Of a stretch of DNA of 64,000 nucleotides, positions 13,981 to 27,400 are shown piece by piece. The first letter of the stretch is position 1. Each line of letters starts with the position of its first letter. The stretch covers positions 9,052,001 through 9,116,000 of the forward strand of contig JBHGNT010000011.1 in assembly GCA_043228905.1 (NCBI GenBank), written 5' to 3'. The notes beneath the pieces are model-generated. The model searched no databases, was not told where the DNA came from, and saw only the letters and a program-made list of their open reading frames with translations. Source of the stretch: Azolla caroliniana (Eukaryota > Plantae > Polypodiophyta). Position numbers and translations under genes: made by a program.

Positions 13981-14241
13981 GTGCAAAAAACATAAATTAG
14001 AATGTGGCAATGTAAGTATATGTGAGATATTTACACTAACATGAAATTACATGGTCACATTATACTTCATTTATAAAGGGAAGAGTTGGGTGACTACATG
14101 GGCAAGTGAGTGCAAAAAACATAAATTAGATTGTGGCAATGTAAGTATATGTGAGATATTTACACTAACATGAAATTACATGGTCACATTATACTTCATT
14201 TATAAAGGGAAGAGTTGGGTGACTACATGGGGCAAGTGAGT
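13981..14241. repeat. Near-perfect tandem duplication of about 129 bp
   Basis: GTGCAAAAAACATAAATTAG...GACTACATGGGCAAGTGA occurs twice. Confidence 0.92.
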
Positions 14242-14893
14242 GGTGCACAAGCACACGTGTGTGTGTCGAGGATAGATAAACAAAACAAACACACTGTCAA
14301 TTTTCGGAAAATAAATAAAATGCCATCATTCTCAAGTTATTATACATATTACTACATCCATCAACTATAACTATGCACATCCATGATACTTTCTCATGTT
14401 CTAGGAATGAGTATCGAGCAAGGTTTATGTACCACTAGTCAACACAATCACATGTTTAATATTACATGGCACATGGCATAGAATGTACATATGTGTGAGT
14501 GAGTATACATGGATGTGGTAACTAGGAAATTTTAGGAGCATGACATGTTAAAATAATGAATGCTCGAATGGTAGTGCTCGGCTGCACATTTACCTAATAC
14601 CGTGGGTTTGTTATATGATGCATAGGCAAAGTGGACATTGGACATTGGAGATGGGTGGGTTTGGATGTACATCATCATCATCATGCATTCAACCACACTA
14701 CATTCCACCGTGGCATTTGGTTGGTAATTTATAGATGTGCATGGATTAGATTGTGTTATAACTCGAGAGGGAGAGGGAGAGAGAGCAAATGGAAATTCTT
14801 TCATCCCCCACCAATGTTCATCTTCCGTATTGGAAATTTTAACATGTTCCACCACTACTCGTGTAGTTACCTCTGAAGATGATAATATAATGA

Positions 14894-14897
14894 TTAA

Positions 14898-14952
<55 letters not shown>

Positions 14953-15037
14953 ATATGTATGTATGGATTGGATTTGTGGTGTATGAGTATGTACATATGA
15001 AAGAAAGAAAACACATGAACTCTCGAGGATAATATAA

Positions 15038-15076
<39 letters not shown>

Positions 15077-15152
15077 ATATGTATGTATGGATTGGATTTG
15101 TGGTATATGAGTATGTACATATGAAAGAAAGAAAACACATGAACTCTCGAGG
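14894..15152. repeat. Tandem duplication containing (CT)n microsatellites of different length
   Basis: TAATCTAT(CT)n-TCATATGTATGTATGGATTGG...CACATGAACTCTCGAGGA occurs twice. Confidence 0.9.
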
Positions 15153-16780
15153 AATGTTTTGTCGTTTCTTTTATTTATTTATTTATTTGGCTGCTGCTGC
15201 CGCTATCCATGGAATGCTTTATGGGGAAATGGATTTTCAGCGCCTTCAGCAATGTGCACTGTGTGTGTGTTCCATACATAATATATAGATATAGATATAG
15301 AAATAGAAGAAGTATGTATGTATGTATGTATTGTATTAACGCCATGGCATGATATGATGATGGGGGGGTATCATCTACCATAAATGTGTGGTTGCAATCA
15401 CTTCTCACTCCACTCCACCTAATCATTGAATTGAGGGAGTTGAGTTTGCGTGGCCTTGAATCTTGATCCATGATCTCGTATGGTATGTAAATTGTAATTA
15501 TATGTAAGGGTGTACGTTGTGTTTTGGTGGGTCAAGTCTGAAGTCCCACAACAAACGTCCTCGTCAATCACCCATCCATTATTCATCCATCATCATCATC
15601 AATGATGACCTAACTAACTATCTAGTGTTGAAACGAACGACACATGAATGTAATCACGAATCAGAAGAGAGGGCACAGGGCTTCTTTCGTCTATGTCTGC
15701 TCTGTCACGGCTTCTTTCTTTACTTGATTCAATTTGCTTGCTTTCTTTTCACTTCCATCTTTGTGGAGTGGAGCGGGGGTGCGATAGATGATTTAGAACT
15801 ACATAGATACAGACAGACAGATATATATCGATGATGAGGAGGAGAATAAAAAGTTTTTGTTAAAGTGAGAGAGGGTTGGCAGATGAGAGTCCGCCTTGGG
15901 ATTAAATGAGAAGATAACATAGATGTAAATAAAAGAAGGAAAGTAGATAGGTAGGGGGGGAGAAGGAGATTTGTCATCATTCATGCATTCATTCATCATG
16001 GAATTAGTAGGAGGAGGACAGACAGACAGACAGATAGGACATGACATATATGTTAATGTATGTATGACTGGGTTCCTGGAAAAACCTTATGGATACTATT
16101 ATTATGAATTTATGTACAATGTACATACATAACATAACATAACACCACCATATATACATACATACATGCATACATACATAATATGTATGTATATATGGAT
16201 ACATGTATGTGTGTGCGCATTAAATGCCCAAAGGTTAAAACACCAACATCTCATTATTAAACTCTACTATGAATTGGTCTGTTGTTACATGGATGGACAC
16301 GCACCATCCATCTATCTCTTTTGCTCTAGTTTGACTACTAATGACATTGGTTGATATGCATTCATAGATACATATATATATATACACACACACATATGTA
16401 TTTAACTAACTGTTCTAATAAAGAATAGATTGTATTGATGATGTTGGATCAATCCATGTACATATATATATATATATATATCTAAAAAACTCTTGAGTTT
16501 TTGTGACATTGATGCTTAGATCATCATATCGTCGTAACTTAAGAAACTTAGAGTGGATGTGCACTTTGTTTGTGAAATTGAACGACAATCTAAGAACTCG
16601 GTTAAATTGATTTAGTTGGTTACTACTAGGTCAAACAAAACCTCCCTCCTATACATATGTACTTACAGCTGGTGGGCAGCAGCAGTAGAGAACGCCGCAA
16701 TTAGGAGCGTGATCATCATCAAGCAGTACTTTACTTACTTACTTACTTTAATTAAGTTAAGTTAAGTTAAGTTAAGGAGC

Positions 16781-18870
16781 ATGGGAGTTCGAGAGAAGTA
16801 TAGGGCGTCCACGAAAGGAGTATTCTATGATTTCCCATGGGAGAACATTGGCGATTGGAAGGTAAGTTAATAAAGAATATAGCAGCCTCGCATTAATAAA
16901 TTGCGAATGAATTAGTAGTTATGTTGTACAATGCTTGATTATTAATAAATAAATATTTAAGAATTGGATGGAATAAATAATTTAGCCTGAGAGTGAGTGA
17001 CCGTCCGAGCGAGCGAGCGTGCATTTGATAACTTACTCACACACTCAAAAAATGAATGATCGTCTGTGATTGATTGATATATATATATATATATATGTGT
17101 ATATGTATATAAATTTATCTGTTGTAACTATGATTCCAAAAAAAAATTGGCGCAGTACCTTGCGTATGTGGTGGTGGCGGGGGCAGCAGTTTGGGAAGGC
17201 GGCCCATGGATCACAAACATCTCCCTAAACCTCCTCCTCCTGGCCACGCTGCGCTACACCACCTTCCAGATCTGGGGCTCTGTCTCCCGCCTCCCCTTCT
17301 TCTACCGCCCCTTCATCATCCAGAAGAAGAGCATCCCTATCGACCAAGTCGAGCATGAGGCCTCATGGTACAAATAATAATTTATTTCTGTATTTCCTTT
17401 GAATCTTTTCTTTTCTTTTCTTTTCTTACCATTACCAAACCTAGCTAACTAATCAAATACACATACATATCTATACATATATGTATATGCTTGCGCTCCA
17501 TACCTTCGAATATGTAATGTGTGTGTCATAACATTTATGTATCTATCTTTCGTCTTTAACAAAATTATACATTTAACGCCTTCGCCTTGCCTGTTAGGGA
17601 GAATTCCGTGATTTTTACAACAATGCTGGCCAGTTTCTTCAAAGTTATGTTCCCTTCCTTGTTCACTCTGCCATTGTGGGATGGGAAAGGAGTCATCCTC
17701 GCGCTGCTGTTGCATGTCGGCCCTGTTGAATGGCTCTATTATTGGGCGCATCGAGCTCTTCATCACCATTACCTCTTCGCGCGCTACCATACCCATCATC
17801 ATTCTTCCTTTGTCACTCAACCCGTCTCTGGTAAGCCTACAAATCCCCTTTCCTAAATGCTGCTGCCGTAACCACACACCATAATCTTTGATTGTACCTC
17901 ACAATATGTACTATGCCATATACATAATTCCATCGCAAAGCAAGCTAGAACAGATGTTTTTATGCTGGATATCTCATCCGTTTATCCTCCCTCTGCGAAA
18001 AAGGAGAAGAAGAATGATGATTTAAAGAAAAGGGGAGGGAAGGGGGTGGGTGTGGGTGTGGGTGTGGGGGGAAATTCTCTGTGTTTCGGTATAATAGCTA
18101 GCTAGCTAGCATCCTCATCTAAATCTGGCGAGTCTACTACTAGCTGTATAATACCATGACCTTAATTAATTAAGCAAAACGAGCAGGGTCGTGCTGTGTT
18201 AATGATGATCATCGAGCCTTGATCCGAATGTTTGTTTTATGCAGCCAATAATCACCCCATGTTGGAGATAATGTTCTACACGCTGCTGTTTGCAATACCA
18301 ATTTCTGGCGCAATGCTTGTGGGATCTGCCTCTATTGGAATGTACCACCTATATGTGTTTTTCATAGATACCATGAATTCCTGGGGGCATTGCAACTTCG
18401 AATTCATCCCAACAAGTGTCTATGAGGCTTTCCCGCCCTTGAAATACCTAGTTTATAGCCCCTCGTAAGTCTCATATACCTAGTTTTCACACTCTCTCTT
18501 TAGCGGTTTCGGGGGCACCCCCCCCCCCCCCCCCCATTATACATCCTGTAACGATGATTTCTAACTCGTTATACTGTAACCTGTTATGTTAGATTCCATT
18601 CCTTGCATCATAGCAAAGTACACACGAATTTCGCACTCTTCATGCCACTATACGACTACATGTATGGAACTGCCGATCCAACGAGTGATGAGCTCCACCG
18701 TCAAGTCCGTAAAGGTACCATAATTATTATTGTCAGAATCTTATCGTGATGAATGAAGCCTAAATCCTGAGAATTTAGTGTTTGTGGAGGAATGGAAAAT
18801 TAAAATTAAGAGAGGATGCTATATATCCTGTATCAGATATCAATCTGAAAGTATGCTTGCTTGGTTTAGA

Positions 18871-18964
<94 letters not shown>

Positions 18965-21262
18965 AGATATAGATATAGATATATGCATGATCCGAAGCTG
19001 AGGCCTCTAGCTAATGCTGAAATCAATCATCCAGCACTTCAAAGTAGAAGTTAGATTGCAGCAAAGCGCAGTGGCAACTTCGTTATAATCAATGTCGTTT
19101 GGATTATGCTTACTTTGTACTTAGAAGAAGCACATCAAGGAAACTAAGCGCAATCTTTTGTGCCTAGTTGCTTATAAAGAGGACCTTTGTCAGGATGACG
19201 TTAATGTGATGAATCAATTTCAATCTCTCTTTCTTTTCAGATGCTATCAATCATGAGTCTAATCAAATCTTCTGAATCTGGTTGTGTATGTACTACTACT
19301 ACTACCACTACTACTAGGGAACCATGATAAAGTGGATTGTGTCTATTTGACGCATCCAACAGATCTCCTGTCCATATTCCACCAACCTTTTGCGCTCCAA
19401 ACATTTGCAACCCAGCCATACTCGAAGCCATGGTATGTGTGGATAACATGGCCCTTTGCATTCTTGATCATGGTCTCATTTTGGCTCTTCGCGAAACCTT
19501 TTGTGGCAACATCACAACTTATCGGCAAAAGTTTTGAAGTCCAGACTTGGATGATTCCTCGATACAATTTCCAGGTAGCTACAATGAATGATGTGACCAC
19601 ACAATACAAATGACTAAATCTGTCATTTGAAGTATTTCTCAATGGTTTCGTTTTAACCTTGATACTTCATTTGAATGGTTCATCTAGTATCGAATGAAAC
19701 CTGCGAGTGCGAAGATCAAAAGATTGGTTGAGCAATGTGTTCTGGATGCCCAAGAAGCTGGTGCCAAAGTTATTTCCTTAGGTCTACTAAACAAGGTTAA
19801 ACATGGGAATGTTCCAGCTTTCATCTTTTAATACCACTTCTTCATCACCAATGCCAAATAAACCATGCAAATATATGCTGACCATGTCATGGATTGAACT
19901 AACATAGTTGTCATGAATCGAATCGTCAATTTGTTGATCACGTTTCTAATCTATCTTCTATTATTGGTCAGGACCTATTAGATGGAGATTTCCTTAGGAC
20001 TAGATCCATAGAAATACCTATTGTAACTGGGGAAACGTTAACATCGGCCATTATTGTGAAGAAGATAGAAGCACAGAAAGTCGATAAGGTATTTCTAGCT
20101 TCTGCAAACTCCCGCATCGGTCAGGCTGTTGCGACATACCTTTGCCAACGTGGTGTAACAGTTGTGGTATGTGTCTTTTGTAACAAGTTCTACTGATTGT
20201 CATTGGACATTCACGGATTCCTTTTAGATCAAAGTATCTATAGCGGCTTCATTATCAACGCAAGAAATGAATGAAGGCTAAATAAATATATACACATAGC
20301 ATTGAAATCAACCATTCACTAATAATGTACTACCAATATTTTGAATTGCTCTTTGCTTTGCCTACTGCCAGGCTTTGCTTCCAACGAAAAGCTGTTTCCA
20401 TGAGCTACAAGGAAATATTGACGTAGAGTTTCAGAAGAACCTTGTGTTTGCAACTACCTACAACAACGGGAAGGACTGCAAGGTTAGATATACCGTCTTG
20501 GCCCCTCCCCTCTATTTCTTTCCATCCAATGTTTTTGCTACGCTCTGGGTCTGGGCCGTAGCAATCAATGGTGAAACATAACATGCATATGCAGTGGTAG
20601 CTAGCTCATATGTATGTGTATGCTCAAATTAGATGCCACTGCAAACTAGGTGCATTTGACATGAGATTCATAACAAATGTTGTACTTCTTGTGTAGGTGT
20701 GGGTGGTGAATGACATGGTCCGGGAGGAGGAGCAACGGTGGGCACCGCCAGGGACATGCTTTCACCACTTTGGCGTATTCCCATTGTCCACTACCCGTAG
20801 GTCTGATTGTACCTACGAATACATACCTGCAATGAGGCTACCGAGCAATGCAAGAACCATGAATGGTTGCGAGGTATTAATAAATAAAGCCATGAACAAA
20901 ATTAATATGGATCGAGTAAATTAAGGATTTGTTGTATCATATTTTGACACTAGAGTACCATATCTACTAAACAGAACTAAGGAAATGAAAAGCATGAAGC
21001 TGATCTAGTAATGATCACTAGTGTATTGATGTGATGAATATATATATCACTTGACACATTCATACATGTACAGGATATACTCCCTAAATATGTGGTAAGG
21101 GCAGCCTATGCAGCAGGCATCCTACATGCACTGGAAGGCTGGAAGCACAGTGACTTCTCCAATGAGATAAGCACATATCTCCTGGACAAGACCTGGGAGG
21201 CTGCCATGAAGCATGGGTTCTCCATTTACAGCCTCAATGGAGATGATCAGTCCAAGCACTAG
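16781..21262 (+). CDS. CER1: CER1/CER3 (WAX2/GL1) family very-long-chain alkane synthesis protein with CER1-like catalytic residues. 11 exons: 16781-16861, 17156-17367, 17598-17830, 18245-18464, 18593-18714, 19318-19574, 19688-19795, 19972-20166, 20372-20482, 20697-20873, 21074-21262
   Basis: All introns are GT-AG and frame-consistent. N-terminal FPWENIGDWKYL; His boxes HRALH, HTHHHSS, GHCNFE and HSLHH; NFALFMPLYDYMYGT; WAX2 C-terminal domain ending GILHALEGW...WEAAMKHGF. Confidence 0.92.
18875..18983. repeat. Compound microsatellite (ACAT)n-(AT)n-(ATATAG)n in a CER1-like intron
   Basis: Directly visible simple repeats. Confidence 0.95.
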
Positions 21263-21838
21263 AAACAAATAAAAGAGATGTAAATTACTTGATTACTACT
21301 ACTACTCTACTCATGTTGATGTTGTGAGGGGACCATTAATTGATTTATTTGGAGCATGACATGCCTACCACACATGGTGTGTACTTTTGTTTAATAATAT
21401 GTATTTATATATATATATATATATATACAGCTATATAGCTATGTGGTGGTGTTGTCACAAATATCATTTAGTATCAGTATGTATGTAGAGAGTTCAGAGG
21501 ACATTTTCATTCACATTCATTCAATTAATTCAGTCTTTAAACAATGGTTGCACAGTCGGTGCTGCAATACATACATACTACCAGCTTCTTCCTAAGCTTA
21601 TTAATTACCTCCCAGCCCCAAAAAAGCACACCAAAATCAAAATAATTTAAATGCACAATAATACCGAGATTGAATGATGGATGTACGTACGCATGCGGTG
21701 GACGGACAAGTACACTCAACTTACCAACTCGTCAAGATTTTTGTTTGTATCAATCGTCTCTATATCTAATTCTTCATGTATGTATGTATGTATGTATGTA
21801 ATAATGTATGTATGTATGTATGTATGTATGTATGTACA

Positions 21839-21879
<41 letters not shown>

Positions 21880-22199
21880 GAATTAAGGTTAGGCTAGACA
21901 GCTGCTGCTGCTGCAACAGCACTTGTCATTCATTATGTGGGCCCACAGACCATGCGTAATTAAGTGTAAGACTCAAATCCAGATTTTTCTTGTTCTCCCT
22001 TTCTTAGTACTCTTTCCTACTTCACAAGTCTTGAAATGATGAAAGTCTATGAGCATTGACAAATCCAATATTGATGCCCGCCCAATGCAAGATGGTTCCA
22101 TGCAACCCTTGTGAAAATGTTGCAAAATGGTGTGCAAAGACTTCTTGACCCACATGTGGGAACGGTAAATGATTAAAATTCACAGGTTCCTAATCCCTA

Positions 22200-23850
22200 G
22201 ACCCACAATCACTGTTAGTTGAAAGTCTCCATAGCATCGCCCGCGAGGGAAGAGCAACTATGTATGGCAAAACAATGGGTTTAATGGGTATCCTTGAAGG
22301 ACTAATCTTGGATTGAGGGTGATATCTAATGTAATTCTGCCATCAAGCATTACTCAAGAAAGACCAACTAACATAATCAGTAGCTCTCTCCAGACGTAAG
22401 TGCACCATAATCAATTCTTGATGAGAATGTCGTGCATCATGTATGGAGTTTGAACTATGCAGTATATTTCAACTTACACTGAAACCATCTTGGGTTGGGT
22501 ATATCAAGTTTGGCAAATACTTTTGTAATTTATTTTTGAAGTCCTTTGTAAATACTTTATAGAACCCCACATCAAAATAGTAGGTCGCCATTGATGAACT
22601 AAATCAAATGATATCATCTTTGGAACTAATTTGATGAAACCAACCTTCCAAGCTCCAGCCATACAACTAAAATCCCAAAAATATTGGAACATCAAAGTGA
22701 GGCTCCCCTTTAAAATGTTGGAATATTGCTGAAAAACTTCATCTATTAGGCCATAACACATCCTCTTACCACTTCATGATGAAAGGGGTTGTGCACAATA
22801 TATCCTATCACATCATAAAATTCATGGCCTACTCTAATCACGTCATTACTCATAAACATGCCTGGATCAAGCAACTTCTTAAAGTAATGAACACGTGTTG
22901 CAATTATTGTAGTTGGCTCCATCAATAAATCCATCCCCTTCATGTATACATTAAGTATAAGATGATGGAAAGTTTATTCCCTCGAAGCCCTCAACACCTA
23001 GTACGTTTGGGACATTTCTAGAGCTTCTTTCAATGTGCATGATGCATCTAAATTGTTGTGTAGGCAGATCTTGGGGCCCTCTTTTACCACAACTTCCAAG
23101 GGAGCATGGTGACAATTGTTTGCAAAATATCCTCATACCCTCAATTATATTCCAAAGACCATATAGTCTTGTTTATTGGGGGAGGATCATGGTAATGGGT
23201 AGGTGGTTCATCTTTCCGCTTCTCCCTTTGGTGATTAATGTTTTTCGTGAAGGAATATGGCCAGGATATTTTGTTTGTTTTCTTTACCAAAACCAAACTT
23301 CTTCCTTGTAATGAACAATTGCTTTTATACCTCCAATGCCAAATTCCAATTAAGATTTCAATTTTTTCCTACGCATGCTCAATGATGATATGTTAGGTGT
23401 CTTACATCACTTGCATCTCTACATGGTTGGGTCTCGGAAATCTCATTGTTGGTCAACTTTTCCAATGGTGCCTCATTTTCTAATAAAGCCATTCAAGTGT
23501 TGCACACCTTCATAACTAGGTATGGGAAGTCTTATAGAGATCAGCTTCTTATTTTCTGATTGAACCATTCACATATAGTTATACCTTATTGTAGTTGGCC
23601 TTCATAATTACCAAGATGAAGTCTTTCTTCATTATTGTTTCTTCTAGCATCATCCCCATGCTTTTCTTCATCATGGTTTTTACCATCGTGACATGTGTTG
23701 GTGTGAACACACAACATCGTTCAATTCTTTTATCCCATTGCTATCTCAAAATGTTGCTTTGGCCTTCTTGGTTTTTATATTCTGCAAAACCTTCTTGGTA
23801 CTACCGGTACCCTTCAACTCACATGGAAGTGTCAAATGATATTGTCAACG
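22200..23850 (-). mobile_element. Degenerate LINE (L1-like) ORF2 remnant
   Basis: AWKVGFIKLVPK...DLVHQWRPTILM in ORF 22504-22761 resembles the LINE RT motif IxLIPK...WRPI. Boundaries are approximate. Confidence 0.7.
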
Positions 23851-24448
23851 TCAAATAAATCTAAATGCGTATTACTAGTTCTGTCCAAGTAGCCCTATTC
23901 CCTGAATAGAGCATATCATTCTACACCAACCAGACTAAAGTGCACATCTAACAGACAGTTATGATTTACCATTGCATGTGTGCTGATGTGCAGGTTTATC
24001 ATAAAGATCTGGAAACATTGGTAAAGCAACCGTCTAGTTTCACATATATAAAGCAGCACAGCAATCTTTTCCATAAAACAACAGATAATCGAATACATCA
24101 CTTATCATCGGATGTGATACTACTACATTTTTACTTCATAAATTCATTTTCACATGATTTGGAATTCCTGGCCCTTTGTAATGTCCAAGGAATCAATGCA
24201 ATCAAATTAATGTTAAATGATAGATCAGTTGTACGATAAAAGTTTCTCTTCTTAGATAAATAGATCTATTTAAGCCGCATTTTTTTCTTTGTTGTACACA
24301 TCCATGGACTAATTACAGGGCCAATGATTAAATGCGCCATAATGAACGCAATTTAGAACGATAAGATGGTCAGCATGACGTAACCTTGCCTTTGAATGAA
24401 GTCTGTACATTCTTCCAAAAAAATTTAAAGACCTAAAAGATTACAAAT

Positions 24449-27400
24449 CTAATCTTCACCAATTTCTTCATCCTCGTCATTTGGAGCGGAGGAGATTTCA
24501 ATGGAGAACTTGCACTGCAACTGTTCTAATTGAAAGCTTATTTTCTTTTCTTCATCCATTGCTACCCCCAAGTCAATTTCTGCCACCATTTGTTCGAGTT
24601 CTGCATCAGCAAATTCCTGTTTATTTCACCACATCCCAATTCACGTTAAAACACAATATACATTTCTAGTGATCTTTGAAGGAATATGTTTGGATTAATA
24701 ACACGAGTGAATAAAAATGAGGTTAAAACAATACTGGAACCGTAATTCCGACATGACATCTTAGGCATCAATTCTGCTGAATCAGCCAATTCATACCTTA
24801 GCAGCTTTGTCATTCTTGATTTTGTAGGTATTAAGCTTAATCATCTTGAAAGCCACCTTTTTAGCAACAATCAGCCATTGTTGACAGAGCTGCAAAACCA
24901 ATAAAGTATATAAACTTCGACTAAAGAACATAAAACCTGCACTGTTTTAGTGCCTGATTTAGCATTAGCAGTGTACGTTATATTTTGGGACAATCTTAGA
25001 GAAACAAAGAGACAGTAATCATTAATGACATACATATCCAATAGGTGCTTCCTCGAAGAGTTTTTCATCAGTAATACCCTGAGAAAAGACAGAATCCTAA
25101 TCATGCTCATGACAGCAACGTCTTAAGATCACCTACTTGGTCTCTCCTCAAAACAATAAAATGTCCAAAGGCTTTGCTTACCTCCATATAGATATCACAT
25201 AATTCCCAGCTTTTGAGATCCTCATTGGTGAGAGGTTTATAGTCTTTCATTGCCTGCTTGCACAGTGGCTAATGACTCATGCATGTGATGGTATGATAGA
25301 AACACAACAAATAATATGCAAATGGTAACATACAGTACAGATATGATCTCCATTCAATATCTGCCGAGTCTTTGTCCAATCCTGTATGACAGTATGAGGC
25401 TGCCCTAGTATGAATAAGAGGCCCTGTTCAAGATAGAAACAGGGTTAAATCAATGCAAAACATGTCACAATTGATTTAAACAGGATTAGCAAGTATATTG
25501 CACCCATACTAGCATTTCCACGCAATACTTGATAAAAATAATACATGCCAGACTGGATATGGTCAAGAAAATGGAGCATTGTGGTTATTTTTAGAGTTAG
25601 CCTGATACATTTGAAGAGCTATATAGACAAATTCTAATAGCAAAAACGATGTTTGAGACATCCAGTGGTCACATGGATAAGTCTTAAGCCTTTAATATAC
25701 ATAGAAATTTGATGCTGACCTTTCAAGAGGTAGATTCTTGTCAGAAGATGTGCAAGATGTACTTCAGCCATTTTCACCTACTCTTTTCTATTACTACAAA
25801 TTATTAGTTATTTAAGTGCTTGTTGGTAGGACATCTTGGCAATGAAGAAGTAGCATCCAAATAAATCTTTCAGGTTTCATTGCGTGTGTCTCAACTTCAG
25901 TTCTCCATATTCAAAAATCTTGGATAACCACACAACGTCTATGTCACCTGTATAGAGGCATGTGGTTCAGAGATCGTCAGTGATGGAATTCTTTATGATG
26001 ATAGACCGTAGTGGTTGGGAGATCATTAGTGACATTATCATTTAGCATGTAAGCAAGAGCATAGTGCCAAATATTCGGAGGCATGATAGACACCTTGACT
26101 GAGACCATCCACATTAAGGAGATTCTAACAGATTGAGGAGACAGATGTTTCTTGCTCTTTGCCATGTAAACTATTCTCGAACATAATTTACTGTAAGACA
26201 GTATATTAATTGAGCCCGTCCCTAATAACTGCATCTTTTCCCTTTTAGAGTTTCTACGTGTTGTTTAGTTTCCTTGGTTTGGATTGAGATCAAGGGAACA
26301 AGGGATTGTTATATTAACCTTTTGGCAGTTCAGGGTGTACGAAAGAAACGCTTAATAACAGAGCAAAAAACTTGAGCTTTATACTTGCCTTCAGGATCCG
26401 ATGGACAATTGAAGTGGGAAAGAGACATTGCTTAATTCGTTTGAACTCATCATCCTGAAGAAGAAGCAAAGTTTCAGAGAAATCCAAACTCCATCATAAT
26501 ATCAGCAAGAATGCACATAATCAGAAGTGTGATCCTACCTTGTGCTGGACTAAAGTATCCAAAATCATAGTACGAATCCTGAGCAAATGAGATAAAGCAC
26601 CATCCAAGATTCTCACTTTTTTCTCCAGCTTCATAACCTTAACAGATTGCTTCTCCAATACAGACTGAGACTTTTGAAATTGTTTCTGTAGAGTTTTAAC
26701 TTTCTTTTGCTGTTGCTTTAATAGTTTTCCAACCTCCCTTAACTGCTTTTCATCATCTCCTTGTTCATCATTCTCTGTTCCTTCTCCTTCTGCTTCTGCT
26801 TCTTCCTCCTCCTCTTCTTCATCTTCTGCTGCTACTGCTGCTGCTTCTCCTTCTTCCTCTTCCTCTTCTTCTTCTTCTTCCTCTTCTCCTTCCTCTTCTT
26901 CTTCCTTTGCTTCATCATCAGTTTTGTTTTCCATATCATCATCACTTTTTATTTCCTCTCCATCTTTATTTTCTGTCATGTCTACCTCTTCCTTCAATAC
27001 ATCATCTGTTCCACTCACTTGAGAATCTCTTAGTTTCTCTCTCCTCAGTTCAGCTTTGTGAGACTTGTTCTGCTGCTTGATCTCATTCTGAAGTTTTTGA
27101 ATAATCTCTTTTGTATTGAAGCTGTTAGATGTGCCTAAACCAGTTCCCATCAGTACCTCAGTTATGACCTCAGCAACACTCACAATAAACTCTTGTTCTT
27201 TAGGGGAGAATGGTCTGCCTGTGTCAATATTTTGCTTTCTTAATGTATCAGCACACAACAAAGCAACCACCTGCAGAAATAGCCAGTCTAATCAGTACTA
27301 TCCATTTCTTGTTTCATCCTTCAATCACCTTGCTTTCTATCACAACATTTCTTCACATTCCACTTAGAGACTTTAGTCATTCTGATGGTTCCAGATAACT

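Noticed and set aside
14532-15138. ORFs with ERERER or SLSLSL runs (also 18775-19054, 21681-21922, 56767-57069)
   Set aside because: They are translations of microsatellites.
15400-15450. miR159/319-like TTGAATTGAGGGAGTT
   Set aside because: Several mismatches and no long precursor hairpin.
15655-15735. miR156/529-like AGAAGAGAGGGCACAG
   Set aside because: It does not match the mature sequences well and has no properly pairing star arm.
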